Virus record (IMG/VR): IMGVR_UViG_3300030090_002290
Span: 1 to 56,327 of that record
From: a virus
Lineage: Duplodnaviria > Caudoviricetes
Length of the DNA stretch: 56,327 bases
Direction: 5' to 3' (one strand)
The position numbers and the translations under genes are program-made. Under the pieces are notes generated by a model. The model ran no database searches. It was not told the DNA's origin and was given only the letters and a program-made list of their open reading frames with translations. Positions 29,573 to 37,962 of the stretch are shown here, one piece after another (positions within the stretch are counted from its first letter, which is position 1; each line of letters starts with the position of its first letter).

Positions 29573-31547
29573 TAGTAGTATCCGAACTAATGATCCTACT
29601 AAGGTACCTGCACTACCAAGGATACCTACTGATATACCCCCTTCATTACGTCGTTATTTAGAGTTATTAGAACAAACTACTAACATACGATTGGGTAGGC
29701 GAGGTGATCCTCGTGATAGAGCAGTAACTCTTAGAGAACTAATTGATAGTGGGTTAGCTACAGAGTTAGCCGAGAAACCTTTTGATTCAAATAGAGGCGG
29801 AGATCCAGGGTTTGTTCAAGGTGGTAATAAGTTACCCGATCTAGCAGTGCCTCCTGCCCCTACGGGATTTAGTGCGACAGGTGCATATAGTACTATTATT
29901 ATTGCGTTCGCTTTTCCTAGTTATTCAAACCATTCTCATACAGAAATATGGAGTCACAGTTCAGACTCTATTGGCGATGCTACATTGGTGGGTATACAAA
30001 CAGGCCGTGTGTTTACAGACCCTGTAGGGTCAGGTGTTACTCGTTATTACTGGGCACGACATGTAAATACAGATTCTGTGGTAGGACCGTTTAATGCAGC
30101 GGCAGGTACAGTAGCTAATACGGCTACTGATGTTGCTCATCAGTTAAATGTTTTAAGTAATGCGATTACATCAAGTCAGTTGGCAACATCTCTTTCAACA
30201 CCAATTGCAAAAATTCCTGGTATTGAATCATTTACAGGGTATACCAGTGGTTATTCTGGTGATTCTTTAATAACCCGGATTGGGGCTGTTGAAACTACTG
30301 CTGGGAATGCAGCGACTTCAGCGCAACTTACTGCTGAAAGTACCGCTAGAACAAATGCTGATAGCGCACTGGCATCAGATATTACGAGCTTAACCACAAC
30401 AGTGGGAAATAATACAACTTCGATTTCGACAAACGCTACATCGATAAATGGAGTTGAGGCTCAGTACACGGTAAAGATTGATAATAACGGTGCTGTTGCG
30501 GGGTTTGGTTTGGCTAGTACAACAAGTGCTGCTGGCAACATAACTAGTGAGTTTATTGTTAACGCAGATCGTTTTGCGGTTATTAATAGTGGTACTACTG
30601 TTACTAATCCGACAGGTTCTCACAATGCGAGTGTTCCTTTTACAGTTGTAAGTTCTCAAACAACTCTCAATGGAGAAACAGTTCCTGCTGGCGTGTACAT
30701 GGCAGATGCGTTTATTAAGAACGGATCACTTGTAAGCGCAAAGATAGGTAGTTTAGCTGTAGATAAGTTATCAGGAACTATGGCTACGTTTGGCTCTACT
30801 GTTACCGGAACACTTGCTGCTAACAAAATAGCTTTAGATGGCTCAACAATAGAAGCTGCAATTATAGGCGGTGTGTCTACAGTCCAGATTAAAAATCTAG
30901 GGGTAGGTGACGCTAAGATTAGTAATTTAGATGCTGCTAAATTAGATGCAGGATCATTAACGGTTTATAACGCCGCAACTTCTAATACGATGGGTAAGTT
31001 GTTTTCTGTTACATCTGGGTATGTAGCAACAACTGCCTACAATACAAACTCAACTACTAATATGAGTTTTGCTTCGGCAGTTTCAGATTGGACAGGGTCT
31101 GGACCTTACCACTATAATCCTTCTACTTCTTTAAATATGCCGGGAAGATTAATTGGAAATGCTAACGGTACTACCCCTGCATCTTTTGTTATTCCAGATG
31201 TAGACGGTAATCAAACCCATGTTGAAGTAACTATTATGTTTGGGTGCCATCCGATTGGTATTTTTAATGGGGACGAGTCATCATTTTGTACAGTGCATTT
31301 ACAGACAACTAATTCATTAGCTAACACTGGGAGTTACTCTACAAACTCTATGGTGTTTGATGGCACTACGTTTGTAGAGGGATCTACATTTGCTTCTGTT
31401 CCTTTAACTGGTGTGCATACAGTTTCGCTAAATCCGGGTACATGGTATGTCTGGCTATACGCATGGAGCCGCAAAGCAGATTTACCAAGTGGAGGATCGC
31501 ATGGGTTTAGCGATGGTTATGTACATGTGAATTCGTTTTACAAATGA
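29562..31547 (+). CDS. Tail tip / host-specificity protein with DUF1983-like (gpJ C-terminal) domain
   Basis: YYWARHVN FN3-like region; AQYTVKID.NG.VAGFGL...FIVNADRFAV...VYM.DAFIKNG. Confidence 0.75.
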   Translation: MASNSSIRTNDPTKVPALPRIPTDIPPSLRRYLELLEQTTNIRLGRRGDPRDRAVTLRELIDSGLATELAEKPFDSNRGGDPGFVQGGNKLPDLAVPPAPTGFSATGAYSTIIIAFAFPSYSNHSHTEIWSHSSDSIGDATLVGIQTGRVFTDPVGSGVTRYYWARHVNTDSVVGPFNAAAGTVANTATDVAHQLNVLSNAITSSQLATSLSTPIAKIPGIESFTGYTSGYSGDSLITRIGAVETTAGNAATSAQLTAESTARTNADSALASDITSLTTTVGNNTTSISTNATSINGVEAQYTVKIDNNGAVAGFGLASTTSAAGNITSEFIVNADRFAVINSGTTVTNPTGSHNASVPFTVVSSQTTLNGETVPAGVYMADAFIKNGSLVSAKIGSLAVDKLSGTMATFGSTVTGTLAANKIALDGSTIEAAIIGGVSTVQIKNLGVGDAKISNLDAAKLDAGSLTVYNAATSNTMGKLFSVTSGYVATTAYNTNSTTNMSFASAVSDWTGSGPYHYNPSTSLNMPGRLIGNANGTTPASFVIPDVDGNQTHVEVTIMFGCHPIGIFNGDESSFCTVHLQTTNSLANTGSYSTNSMVFDGTTFVEGSTFASVPLTGVHTVSLNPGTWYVWLYAWSRKADLPSGGSHGFSDGYVHVNSFYK

Positions 31548-31762
31548 GAACTCCTCCTGCTTTTAATTTTTTACAAGATCTACGGAATACCCGTGATGCT
31601 TTTCTTAGGGAATCTGATTGGACTCAGGTTCCAGATTCTCCGTTATCTGATAGTAAGAAAGCGGAATGGGCTACTTATCGACAGACTTTACGAAATATGC
31701 CTGCTACTTATTCTTCGGAAACCGATCCGTTGAAAGTTGTATGGCCTGACAAACCTGAATAA
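31544..31762 (+). CDS. Tail fibre assembly chaperone
   Basis: R..RD..L.ESDWTQ.PD...WATYRQ.LR...WP.KP motif. Confidence 0.85.
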   Translation: MRTPPAFNFLQDLRNTRDAFLRESDWTQVPDSPLSDSKKAEWATYRQTLRNMPATYSSETDPLKVVWPDKPE

Positions 31763-31771
31763 GGATTTATA

Positions 31772-31873
31772 ATGAAGAATGGACATGGTTGTGGTTTGAA
31801 TGAAAAGCCACGAAAGATTATGAAAATGAAAAAGAAACGTAGAGGGTATACAAAAAAGAAGGAGGCTAAATGA
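31772..31873 (+). CDS. Small basic protein (33 aa)
   Basis: Read manually; RBS AAGGA; ATGA overlap with next gene. Confidence 0.5.
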   Translation: MKNGHGCGLNEKPRKIMKMKKKRRGYTKKKEAK

Positions 31874-32016
31874 AAGTATCAGCACCTAAGGGTTATCATT
31901 GGATGAAGAAAGGTAAGAGTTACAAACTTATGAAAGACCCTAAAGAGGGTTACAAAAAACATGCTGGTTCTAGTAAGTCTGCTAACTTTGAAGTACAGAA
32001 AGTACATAAGAAGTAA
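31870..32016 (+). CDS. Small basic protein (48 aa, MKVSAPKGYHWMKKG...)
   Basis: Read manually; RBS GGAGG; TAATG overlap with next gene. Confidence 0.65.
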   Translation: MKVSAPKGYHWMKKGKSYKLMKDPKEGYKKHAGSSKSANFEVQKVHKK

Positions 32017-32444
32017 TGGCTAGAACTAATGAAAGACTTTGGAAACGAATTGTTGCTGCTGTAAAAGCAGGTGACAAGGGTGGTAAGAAGGGGCAATGGT
32101 CAGCAAGAAAAGCACAGTTAGCAACTCGTCGTTACCAAAAGTCAGGGGGTGGATATACTAGGTCTAGGAGCGCGGGTCAAAAAGCCCAGGCTAAATGGAC
32201 TAAAGAAAACTGGGGTACTAAATCAGGTAAGCCTTCTACTCAAGGGAAGGATGCAACTGGTGAAAGATACCTTCCAAAGAAAGCTAGGGATGCTTTAACT
32301 AAAAAAGAATATGCTGCAACTTCTGCTAAGAAACGTAAAGATACTAAAGCAGGAAAGCAGGTTTCAAAGCAGCCTAAGAAGATAGCTAAGAAGACTGCTA
32401 AATACAGGCGTGGTGCTACAGGCCGCTACAGGAAAAGGAAATAA
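32016..32444 (+). CDS. Basic phage protein (GQWSARKAQL family)
   Basis: K/R-rich; WSARKAQL and ERYLPKKA motifs. Confidence 0.75.
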   Translation: MARTNERLWKRIVAAVKAGDKGGKKGQWSARKAQLATRRYQKSGGGYTRSRSAGQKAQAKWTKENWGTKSGKPSTQGKDATGERYLPKKARDALTKKEYAATSAKKRKDTKAGKQVSKQPKKIAKKTAKYRRGATGRYRKRK

Positions 32445-32611
32445 TGCCGACTATAATGATTGAAGACATGGAACCAGGCACAACGATTACAGTTATATAT
32501 GATGGATTACACGTAACTCCGGAGCCTGATCCAGGGTTGGAGCATGTTGCAGCGGAAACAAAAAGGAAAAAAGTAAAACTTGTAGGGAAAAACGGAACTG
32601 ATAATGACTGA
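32444..32611 (+). CDS. Small hypothetical protein (55 aa)
   Basis: Read manually; TAATG coupling with the upstream gene. Confidence 0.55.
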   Translation: MPTIMIEDMEPGTTITVIYDGLHVTPEPDPGLEHVAAETKRKKVKLVGKNGTDND

Positions 32612-32813
32612 AATATCTACTGTACCAAATCAATCTTATGTATCTTGGAAACAAATAGCAGTTACTAAGTATGAAAAACTAAGAGGCGTAGAAGAAGGTG
32701 TGCCTATTAAAGAAGTTATTGAAACTATAAAGCCAGTTTTATATATAGCTAAAAATGGGAAAGTTGAAATTGAATCTAAAGGCACAGTTCAAAACATAAA
32801 CATATTAGCTTAG
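32604..32813 (+). CDS. Hypothetical protein, last gene of the + arm
   Basis: ORF track. Confidence 0.55.
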   Translation: MTEISTVPNQSYVSWKQIAVTKYEKLRGVEEGVPIKEVIETIKPVLYIAKNGKVEIESKGTVQNINILA

Positions 32814-32947
32814 TCATCGTGTTCCCACATGTAGTCTAAAACTGCGAGTTGAAAAGTAACCATTAAAACCCAGAACAATATAAATGCTATCAATCCAAAC
32901 TCCTGGTAGACGTAGTAGCTATACCCGAATAGTACATAATATTCCAT
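32810..32947 (-). CDS. Small membrane protein (45 aa, MEYYVLFG...)
   Basis: Read manually; RBS GAGG; one TM; stop overlaps the convergent + gene stop. Confidence 0.5.
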   Translation of the reverse strand: MEYYVLFGYSYYVYQEFGLIAFILFWVLMVTFQLAVLDYMWEHDD

Positions 32948-33152
32948 TTAGAACCTCTGTAAATCTATTGAGTGTAGCAGTAGTTGAATCAATTGCTTGC
33001 ATGTTCTAACTCAACGTATTTTAACCTGCGTAGAAAAAACACGCTGAGCTTGTAGGGACAAGGCTTCATCGATTCTCTTTTTAATTTAGACTCCTAATAC
33101 GCTAGGAGCGGAGTTAGCGCCTGATGCTACTGCTCACCTGGCCATCACTTCC

Positions 33153-33425
33153 CTACGACTTCGATTCTTTGAATGTAATTTCTCTTACATTAGTTTCTTC
33201 CAAATGACTTATCATTTCTGCTAAGTACCACCCTGCTTTTTTGATACAGGTTACTTGTTCCTGTGTGGTATCGTGCTTGGAATCCCATCGCCATAAGTAT
33301 TTAAGAATGTTTCCTTTGAGGTATCCTAAGTATGCCTCTTCGGTCATGCTTTCTTTTATGGCTTCTATAGCCTCAATGTTTCCACGTTTGTAGTGGTCAG
33401 GGTTTATTTTGTCTTGTGCTTCCAT
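33153..33425 (-). CDS. DUF3310 (SaV / T7 gp1.7-like) protein
   Basis: INPDHY...IEAIEAI...GNILKYLWR...KAGWYL. Confidence 0.85.
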   Translation of the reverse strand: MEAQDKINPDHYKRGNIEAIEAIKESMTEEAYLGYLKGNILKYLWRWDSKHDTTQEQVTCIKKAGWYLAEMISHLEETNVREITFKESKS

Positions 33426-33798
33426 GTCTCATCCTATCTAAACCTTGTTTCGATACATTACCTTGCCCCCATGTTTCTGTTTTTAGGTGGCAAGTCCCAC
33501 ACATAACCATTAAATTTTCGTAACGGTTATCTCTTCTGTCTCCATTTATATGGTCTATTTGAAATGCTTTAGGATTTGAATCTGTGTACCCGTTAAATGC
33601 GTGACAGGTAGGGGATTCACATCTTAACCCTCTGAGATTAAGTATGTACTTTCTCATTGCATTACTAAACTTAGTGTCAAGTTTAAATTTGCTTTTGAGT
33701 ACAAAGTCTCCTTGGCATCGGTTTGAACAGTAAATTCCTTTTTGATGTGATGGTGTAAATGTAAATTCTTTTTGGCAGTTACGGCATGTTGCTTTCAT
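33397..33798 (-). CDS. HNH endonuclease with N-terminal Zn finger
   Basis: CRNC...YCSNRC; IDHINGDRRDNRYENL..MCGTCH; probable start MKATC. Confidence 0.85.
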   Translation of the reverse strand: MKATCRNCQKEFTFTPSHQKGIYCSNRCQGDFVLKSKFKLDTKFSNAMRKYILNLRGLRCESPTCHAFNGYTDSNPKAFQIDHINGDRRDNRYENLMVMCGTCHLKTETWGQGNVSKQGLDRMRHGSTRQNKP

Positions 33799-34177
33799 TG
33801 ATTGATCTATAAATCCAGTTGGATAGTTGTTTTGTGTCGAGGGCATACTCAAAATCCTTTAGTCTTAGTTTTTTGTACCATTCCTGGTCGGTAAGTATGA
33901 TACCGCCTATAGCGGTTCCAATTATAACAGCTGGTGTTGCGTCATAGTTAAGCATGGTATCCAGCCATTGTAGTTGCAAGGCACTTAATCCTGTTTTTAT
34001 CACAGTTGTTTCCTTTTTTGGCAACTTTAAATACTTGTACTCAACGAACAGAATACGGGCGGGGCCAGCATACATAGCATCTGGTACCCCGCCTGTAAAC
34101 GTATCGTGGATTTTCCAGCGGAAAGTATCAGCTGGTAAATGACGATGCACAGATTTAATAAACCCGTGCTCGTTCAT
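33779..34177 (-). CDS. VRR-NUC-like nuclease / Holliday junction resolvase
   Basis: GVPD...FVEYK...LSALQ..WL. Confidence 0.75.
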   Translation of the reverse strand: MNEHGFIKSVHRHLPADTFRWKIHDTFTGGVPDAMYAGPARILFVEYKYLKLPKKETTVIKTGLSALQLQWLDTMLNYDATPAVIIGTAIGGIILTDQEWYKKLRLKDFEYALDTKQLSNWIYRSINESNMP

Positions 34178-34183
34178 TATCCA

Positions 34184-34849
34184 CTAGGCGTGAGATTCAT
34201 AAACAGCTTCCGCTGCCTTGTAATCTTCTTCCTGCGCCCAACCTTCCCAGTCGATCTTAATATTAAGATAGGTTGCGCCAGCTCGGTTCTCTACAGAAAC
34301 TGTAGATAGTTTCCATAGCCCGGCAAAACGATCACCGCCTTTGCTGGTTATTTGAGTGTTCCAGTTCTTGGAAACACTTAGCTTTGAGTTAGCAAAGTCA
34401 AAGATCGCAGGCAAAGAAAGTACACCTGTTTCTGGATCCTTAATCATCATTAGATGACTATGGGTTTCTGAAACTTGGAACTTATCAGGCGAGTCCTCCT
34501 GTTCTTCCACAAGTGCATTTGCTGCCGCTGCAGTATCAGCAGTACCTATGTACCCTCCGCCAGCTTCTCGAGTACGCCAAACAACGTGCTCAGTTTTGAA
34601 GTTAACACTGACTACATATAGTACGTCCCCTAACAGTTCATTACTGATACTGTTGATAAACATGCCTGGGTCTGCGCCCTCAACATATTTAGGGTGGTGC
34701 TTGTCCACTTCATCAGACATCTTTTGAAGCTGTTTGATTCGTGGTATAGCTAGGGCCGTAGCAACGTTTTCGTTACCTCGGTTTCCTGGTTTGATGTAGT
34801 CAGGTACATTGCTGCCTGTTAGTGCTAGTTGCGTTTTTTCATTCGCCAT
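34184..34849 (-). CDS. Putative ssDNA-binding/annealing protein
   Basis: IPRIKQLQKMS.EV pattern; position between helicase and nuclease. Confidence 0.5.
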   Translation of the reverse strand: MANEKTQLALTGSNVPDYIKPGNRGNENVATALAIPRIKQLQKMSDEVDKHHPKYVEGADPGMFINSISNELLGDVLYVVSVNFKTEHVVWRTREAGGGYIGTADTAAAANALVEEQEDSPDKFQVSETHSHLMMIKDPETGVLSLPAIFDFANSKLSVSKNWNTQITSKGGDRFAGLWKLSTVSVENRAGATYLNIKIDWEGWAQEEDYKAAEAVYESHA

Positions 34850-34870
34850 TGGTTTACCTCTGGGTTATTG

Positions 34871-35233
34871 TTAAAGAGATCGAAAGTTTAGTTTTGTAAG
34901 CTCACGTGTCTGTACCCCTGGCACATCCTGTGTCTGGGCCAGCTCTCGAAAAGCTGTAGCAGACACGCGCTTGTGCAACAATTCAAATGCTTGATTGTCT
35001 GATATGAATGCATAGAACGCATCCCAGTCAGTTACATCAGGCACATTTTCTGTTGCTACGGAGATAGTTGCGTTATCGTTAGCCATTCGTTTTAGGCCAA
35101 CCTCACCCATCTCTCGTATTAAATCACGGGCGATCTCATCCTCCCGCGCTTTAATTTCTTTGAGTGTTTCGTTTAAGTCTTTGATCTGTTGTTTGACTTT
35201 TTTTAGTTCGTCAATTTTTTCATCAAGCGTCAT
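34871..35233 (-). CDS. Conserved replication-module protein (coiled-coil; DWDAFYAFI...VPGV)
   Basis: ORF track and context. Confidence 0.65.
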   Translation of the reverse strand: MTLDEKIDELKKVKQQIKDLNETLKEIKAREDEIARDLIREMGEVGLKRMANDNATISVATENVPDVTDWDAFYAFISDNQAFELLHKRVSATAFRELAQTQDVPGVQTRELTKLNFRSL

Positions 35234-36585
35234 GCTATTTTCCTGAGTTTGTTTAGGTTATTGAGTATTGTTAATAACTCTTCCATCCGTCCTAGTTTAC
35301 CTTCCAGCTTGGCATACACATCAGGTTCCCATGTACCTTCAGCAGCTATGCGTATTACTTCTGTGCGTTTTGTTTGCCCAGCTCGATAGATTCTACGATT
35401 GAATTGTTGATAGTGTTCAGCATTGTAAGTAGGCGAGGCCCAGATTACAGACGTTGCTGTGGTCATTGTTAAGCCGTGACCTGCAGACTGAGGATGACAG
35501 AACACAACTTGTAGTTGTCCTGCTTGCATCCTATCAACAATATCATTACGTTTATGTCCCGGTGTACTACCGTCTATTACCCCATACTTAATTTTTCTTT
35601 TCTCGCATTCTTGAACCATGTGGTCTCTTTCATGTGTCCAATTAAATGCAACTAAGCTATGCGGTCTTTGTTGTACTAACTCCAGGACTAAGTTGTATCT
35701 ATCCTCATGTACTCCAACTATGTTTCCTTCGTTGTCATACAGTGCGCCTGTACACATCTGTAAAAGCTTTTTAACTTTAGCTCCTGCATGTACAGCATTG
35801 ATTGTTGCTTTATCTGTATGTAGTACTGAGTCGTTAACCATATCTGAGTACTGCTCCATAACTTTTCTGGGGAGCTGTGTAGTTAGGGTAGATACAGTTT
35901 GTTCTGGCATGTCGATGCATTCTTCTAGGCTGTATCGAATGTTTATATCTAGTAATGCACTCGCTACTATTTCTTCAGCATCTTCTTTGTCTACCCATTC
36001 ATTAGCAAAGCCATTGAATCTGCTGGTACATACTGCGTTACGGAATGAGTAGAACCTTCTGCCCAGACGTTCACCATCGTCTATGAGATATGTTGGATGC
36101 CATATATCTACGATTGAATTACTGTTGGGAGTACCTGACATACCTACACGGTAGTCAAAGTGTTCTATAAGTTTTGCAATTGCTTTACTACGTTGAGTGT
36201 CTTTGTTTTTAAACGCAGTAAACTCATCAATGCAGATAGTATTAAAGCCTTCAAGAAACTGTGGGTTTTTGGTTACCCATTTAACTGCATCGTGATTAGT
36301 CAGTACAACAGGCACGTCTTCTTGAAAAGCCTGTTTACGGTTTTTTGCATAAGCAACAGAATACTTTAAATCCGGTTGGAACTTTTCAATGTCATCTCCC
36401 CAACTAGCTTGTAGTATGGAGAGAGGAGCAACCACTAACATACGTCCTTTGTTTGATGGTAACTCTGAGTAAGCGTCAATAACGCTGCGTGTTTTTCCCG
36501 TCCCTGGATCTGAAGTAATTAAGCATTTGTGTTTGTTTAGTATAAATTCTGTTGTCTTTGTTTGGTGTTCAAATGGTTGTTGCAT
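35230..36585 (-). CDS. SNF2-family DEAD-like helicase
   Basis: DPGTGKT, IDEF, SGTP, HGLTM, QFNRRIYRAGQ. Confidence 0.9.
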   Translation of the reverse strand: MQQPFEHQTKTTEFILNKHKCLITSDPGTGKTRSVIDAYSELPSNKGRMLVVAPLSILQASWGDDIEKFQPDLKYSVAYAKNRKQAFQEDVPVVLTNHDAVKWVTKNPQFLEGFNTICIDEFTAFKNKDTQRSKAIAKLIEHFDYRVGMSGTPNSNSIVDIWHPTYLIDDGERLGRRFYSFRNAVCTSRFNGFANEWVDKEDAEEIVASALLDINIRYSLEECIDMPEQTVSTLTTQLPRKVMEQYSDMVNDSVLHTDKATINAVHAGAKVKKLLQMCTGALYDNEGNIVGVHEDRYNLVLELVQQRPHSLVAFNWTHERDHMVQECEKRKIKYGVIDGSTPGHKRNDIVDRMQAGQLQVVFCHPQSAGHGLTMTTATSVIWASPTYNAEHYQQFNRRIYRAGQTKRTEVIRIAAEGTWEPDVYAKLEGKLGRMEELLTILNNLNKLRKIA

Positions 36586-36632
36586 AGTTATTTTGTTAAA
36601 GTTGGAAAGCGATTCTACTGTAACCTATTACT

Positions 36633-36890
36633 TTATAGCAAGCGTGAGTTTGCTTTTTTCTTAGGTTTTGTTGTTCTTATGTTTGGCTCGTGTAGAAATA
36701 TGTCATTGAGTATAGCTTCTCTCATTTGAGCTTTTTCAGAACGATCCATAGGAGTTAGAATAACGATGTCAGATTTTTGCAATTTGTATGTGGACCAATA
36801 CGCACCCTCGGGTGGTTCAGTTTTTAAAGTAAACTCAACAATTATTGGTTCCCCAGTGTCGGGGTCGTTGTATCCATAGTACATTTGCAT
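36633..36890 (-). CDS. Hypothetical protein
   Basis: ORF track. Confidence 0.6.
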   Translation of the reverse strand: MQMYYGYNDPDTGEPIIVEFTLKTEPPEGAYWSTYKLQKSDIVILTPMDRSEKAQMREAILNDIFLHEPNIRTTKPKKKANSRLL

Positions 36891-36902
36891 CTGTTTTTAC
36901 CT

Positions 36903-37106
36903 TTATGATTCATCGTTATTTGTAAAATTTCTTTCTGTTTTCTTTAATATCTTTGATAGTTCTTTCTTTTTAATAGCTATGCTATCTATTTTTCCTTGAA
37001 CATAATCCTTTAGATCAATGCCAAAAGCATAACAGGCACTTTTTACAAAGGGATCTAGTTTATCGATTTGTTTTTGTATGCGACGTTGTTTTAATTCGTC
37101 GATCAT
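36903..37106 (-). CDS. Hypothetical protein
   Basis: RBS AGGAGG. Confidence 0.6.
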   Translation of the reverse strand: MIDELKQRRIQKQIDKLDPFVKSACYAFGIDLKDYVQGKIDSIAIKKKELSKILKKTERNFTNNDES

Positions 37107-37117
37107 TGCCCCTCCTG

Positions 37118-37184
37118 AAAAATGGCCCCGGTTAGTTTGGTGCCTTAGGGGATGAGGGATATAGAGAGTAAACTAACCAGGGCC
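37118..37184 (-). terminator. 15-bp hairpin with 31-nt loop and U-tract (terminator-like / antisense RNA element)
   Basis: GGCCCTGGTTAGTTT pairs with AAACTAACCGGGGCC (one G-U on the minus strand), followed by ATTTTT. Confidence 0.65.
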
Positions 37185-37193
37185 GAAGACTTA

Positions 37194-37940
37194 TCAAGAA
37201 ACTCCCCAAGCGCATTCAGGGAAGTCCCCTTTCCTATATGAACACCATTTACAGTTATTTTTACTTGGTTTAGGTTCATAGTCAACACAAGTTGTCATAG
37301 CTACTGCACGTTTGTAAAACCCTGGGGCAAACGTCATAGCTTCTTCTCGCGTAAATTGTTTCTTAGTTGTTAGTCCTTTATCTAAGTACCACAACTCTGT
37401 CTGTACAAACTGTAGTTCTGAATATCTAAAGAAGCTACCTATTGCATAGAGTAAACATTGCTGTGAATGTCCTATTTCGTTACCCCACTTCTGTCCTGTC
37501 TTGTAATCAATGACTCTTGCGGAGTTATCATCCTCATGTACGAGAGCATCTAGTTTGATTCGTGCCCAGGTTTGTGGAGTCATCCATCCAACTGGCTGCC
37601 AATCTAAGTCAAACCCCCATTCACCTTCGAGTTCAACTTTAGCATCAGCATACAGGGTTCGTAGTTCTTCGAACTCATCTTCAAATTTTTTAAGAGTCTC
37701 GGGCATCTCTCCTAATACACCTGCTACATAGTCTTCTGCTTGTTGGTGTATCTCAGAACCGCGACTTGCTGCTGGGCTAGAAGGCTCAGCAATTTTTTTG
37801 ACACGGCTGATGTATGTTCTGTATGGACATTCTTCAAAAACTTTTAATGCAGAGTAAGACCATGCAGGAGTTAAACCTAACTTCTCTGGTTTCATTGTAA
37901 GCTTTTCTAAATCAGGTCGATCTTTTTGGGTTAATTGCAT
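37194..37940 (-). CDS. PD-(D/E)xK exonuclease (Cas4/RecB-like)
   Basis: WSYS....FEECP, RGSEIH, LDA...VIDYKTG, Q..LYA, CKWC. Confidence 0.85.
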   Translation of the reverse strand: MQLTQKDRPDLEKLTMKPEKLGLTPAWSYSALKVFEECPYRTYISRVKKIAEPSSPAASRGSEIHQQAEDYVAGVLGEMPETLKKFEDEFEELRTLYADAKVELEGEWGFDLDWQPVGWMTPQTWARIKLDALVHEDDNSARVIDYKTGQKWGNEIGHSQQCLLYAIGSFFRYSELQFVQTELWYLDKGLTTKKQFTREEAMTFAPGFYKRAVAMTTCVDYEPKPSKNNCKWCSYRKGDFPECAWGVS

Positions 37941-37962
37941 AAAGCTAACCCTCCTTAAATAT

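Noticed and set aside
33087-33096. 10-nt complement (TAGGAGTCTA) to the loop of the first Ubl-E1 hairpin (46286-46295)
   Set aside because: A 10-mer match is plausible by chance in 56 kb, and the site is not properly spaced from a confident start codon
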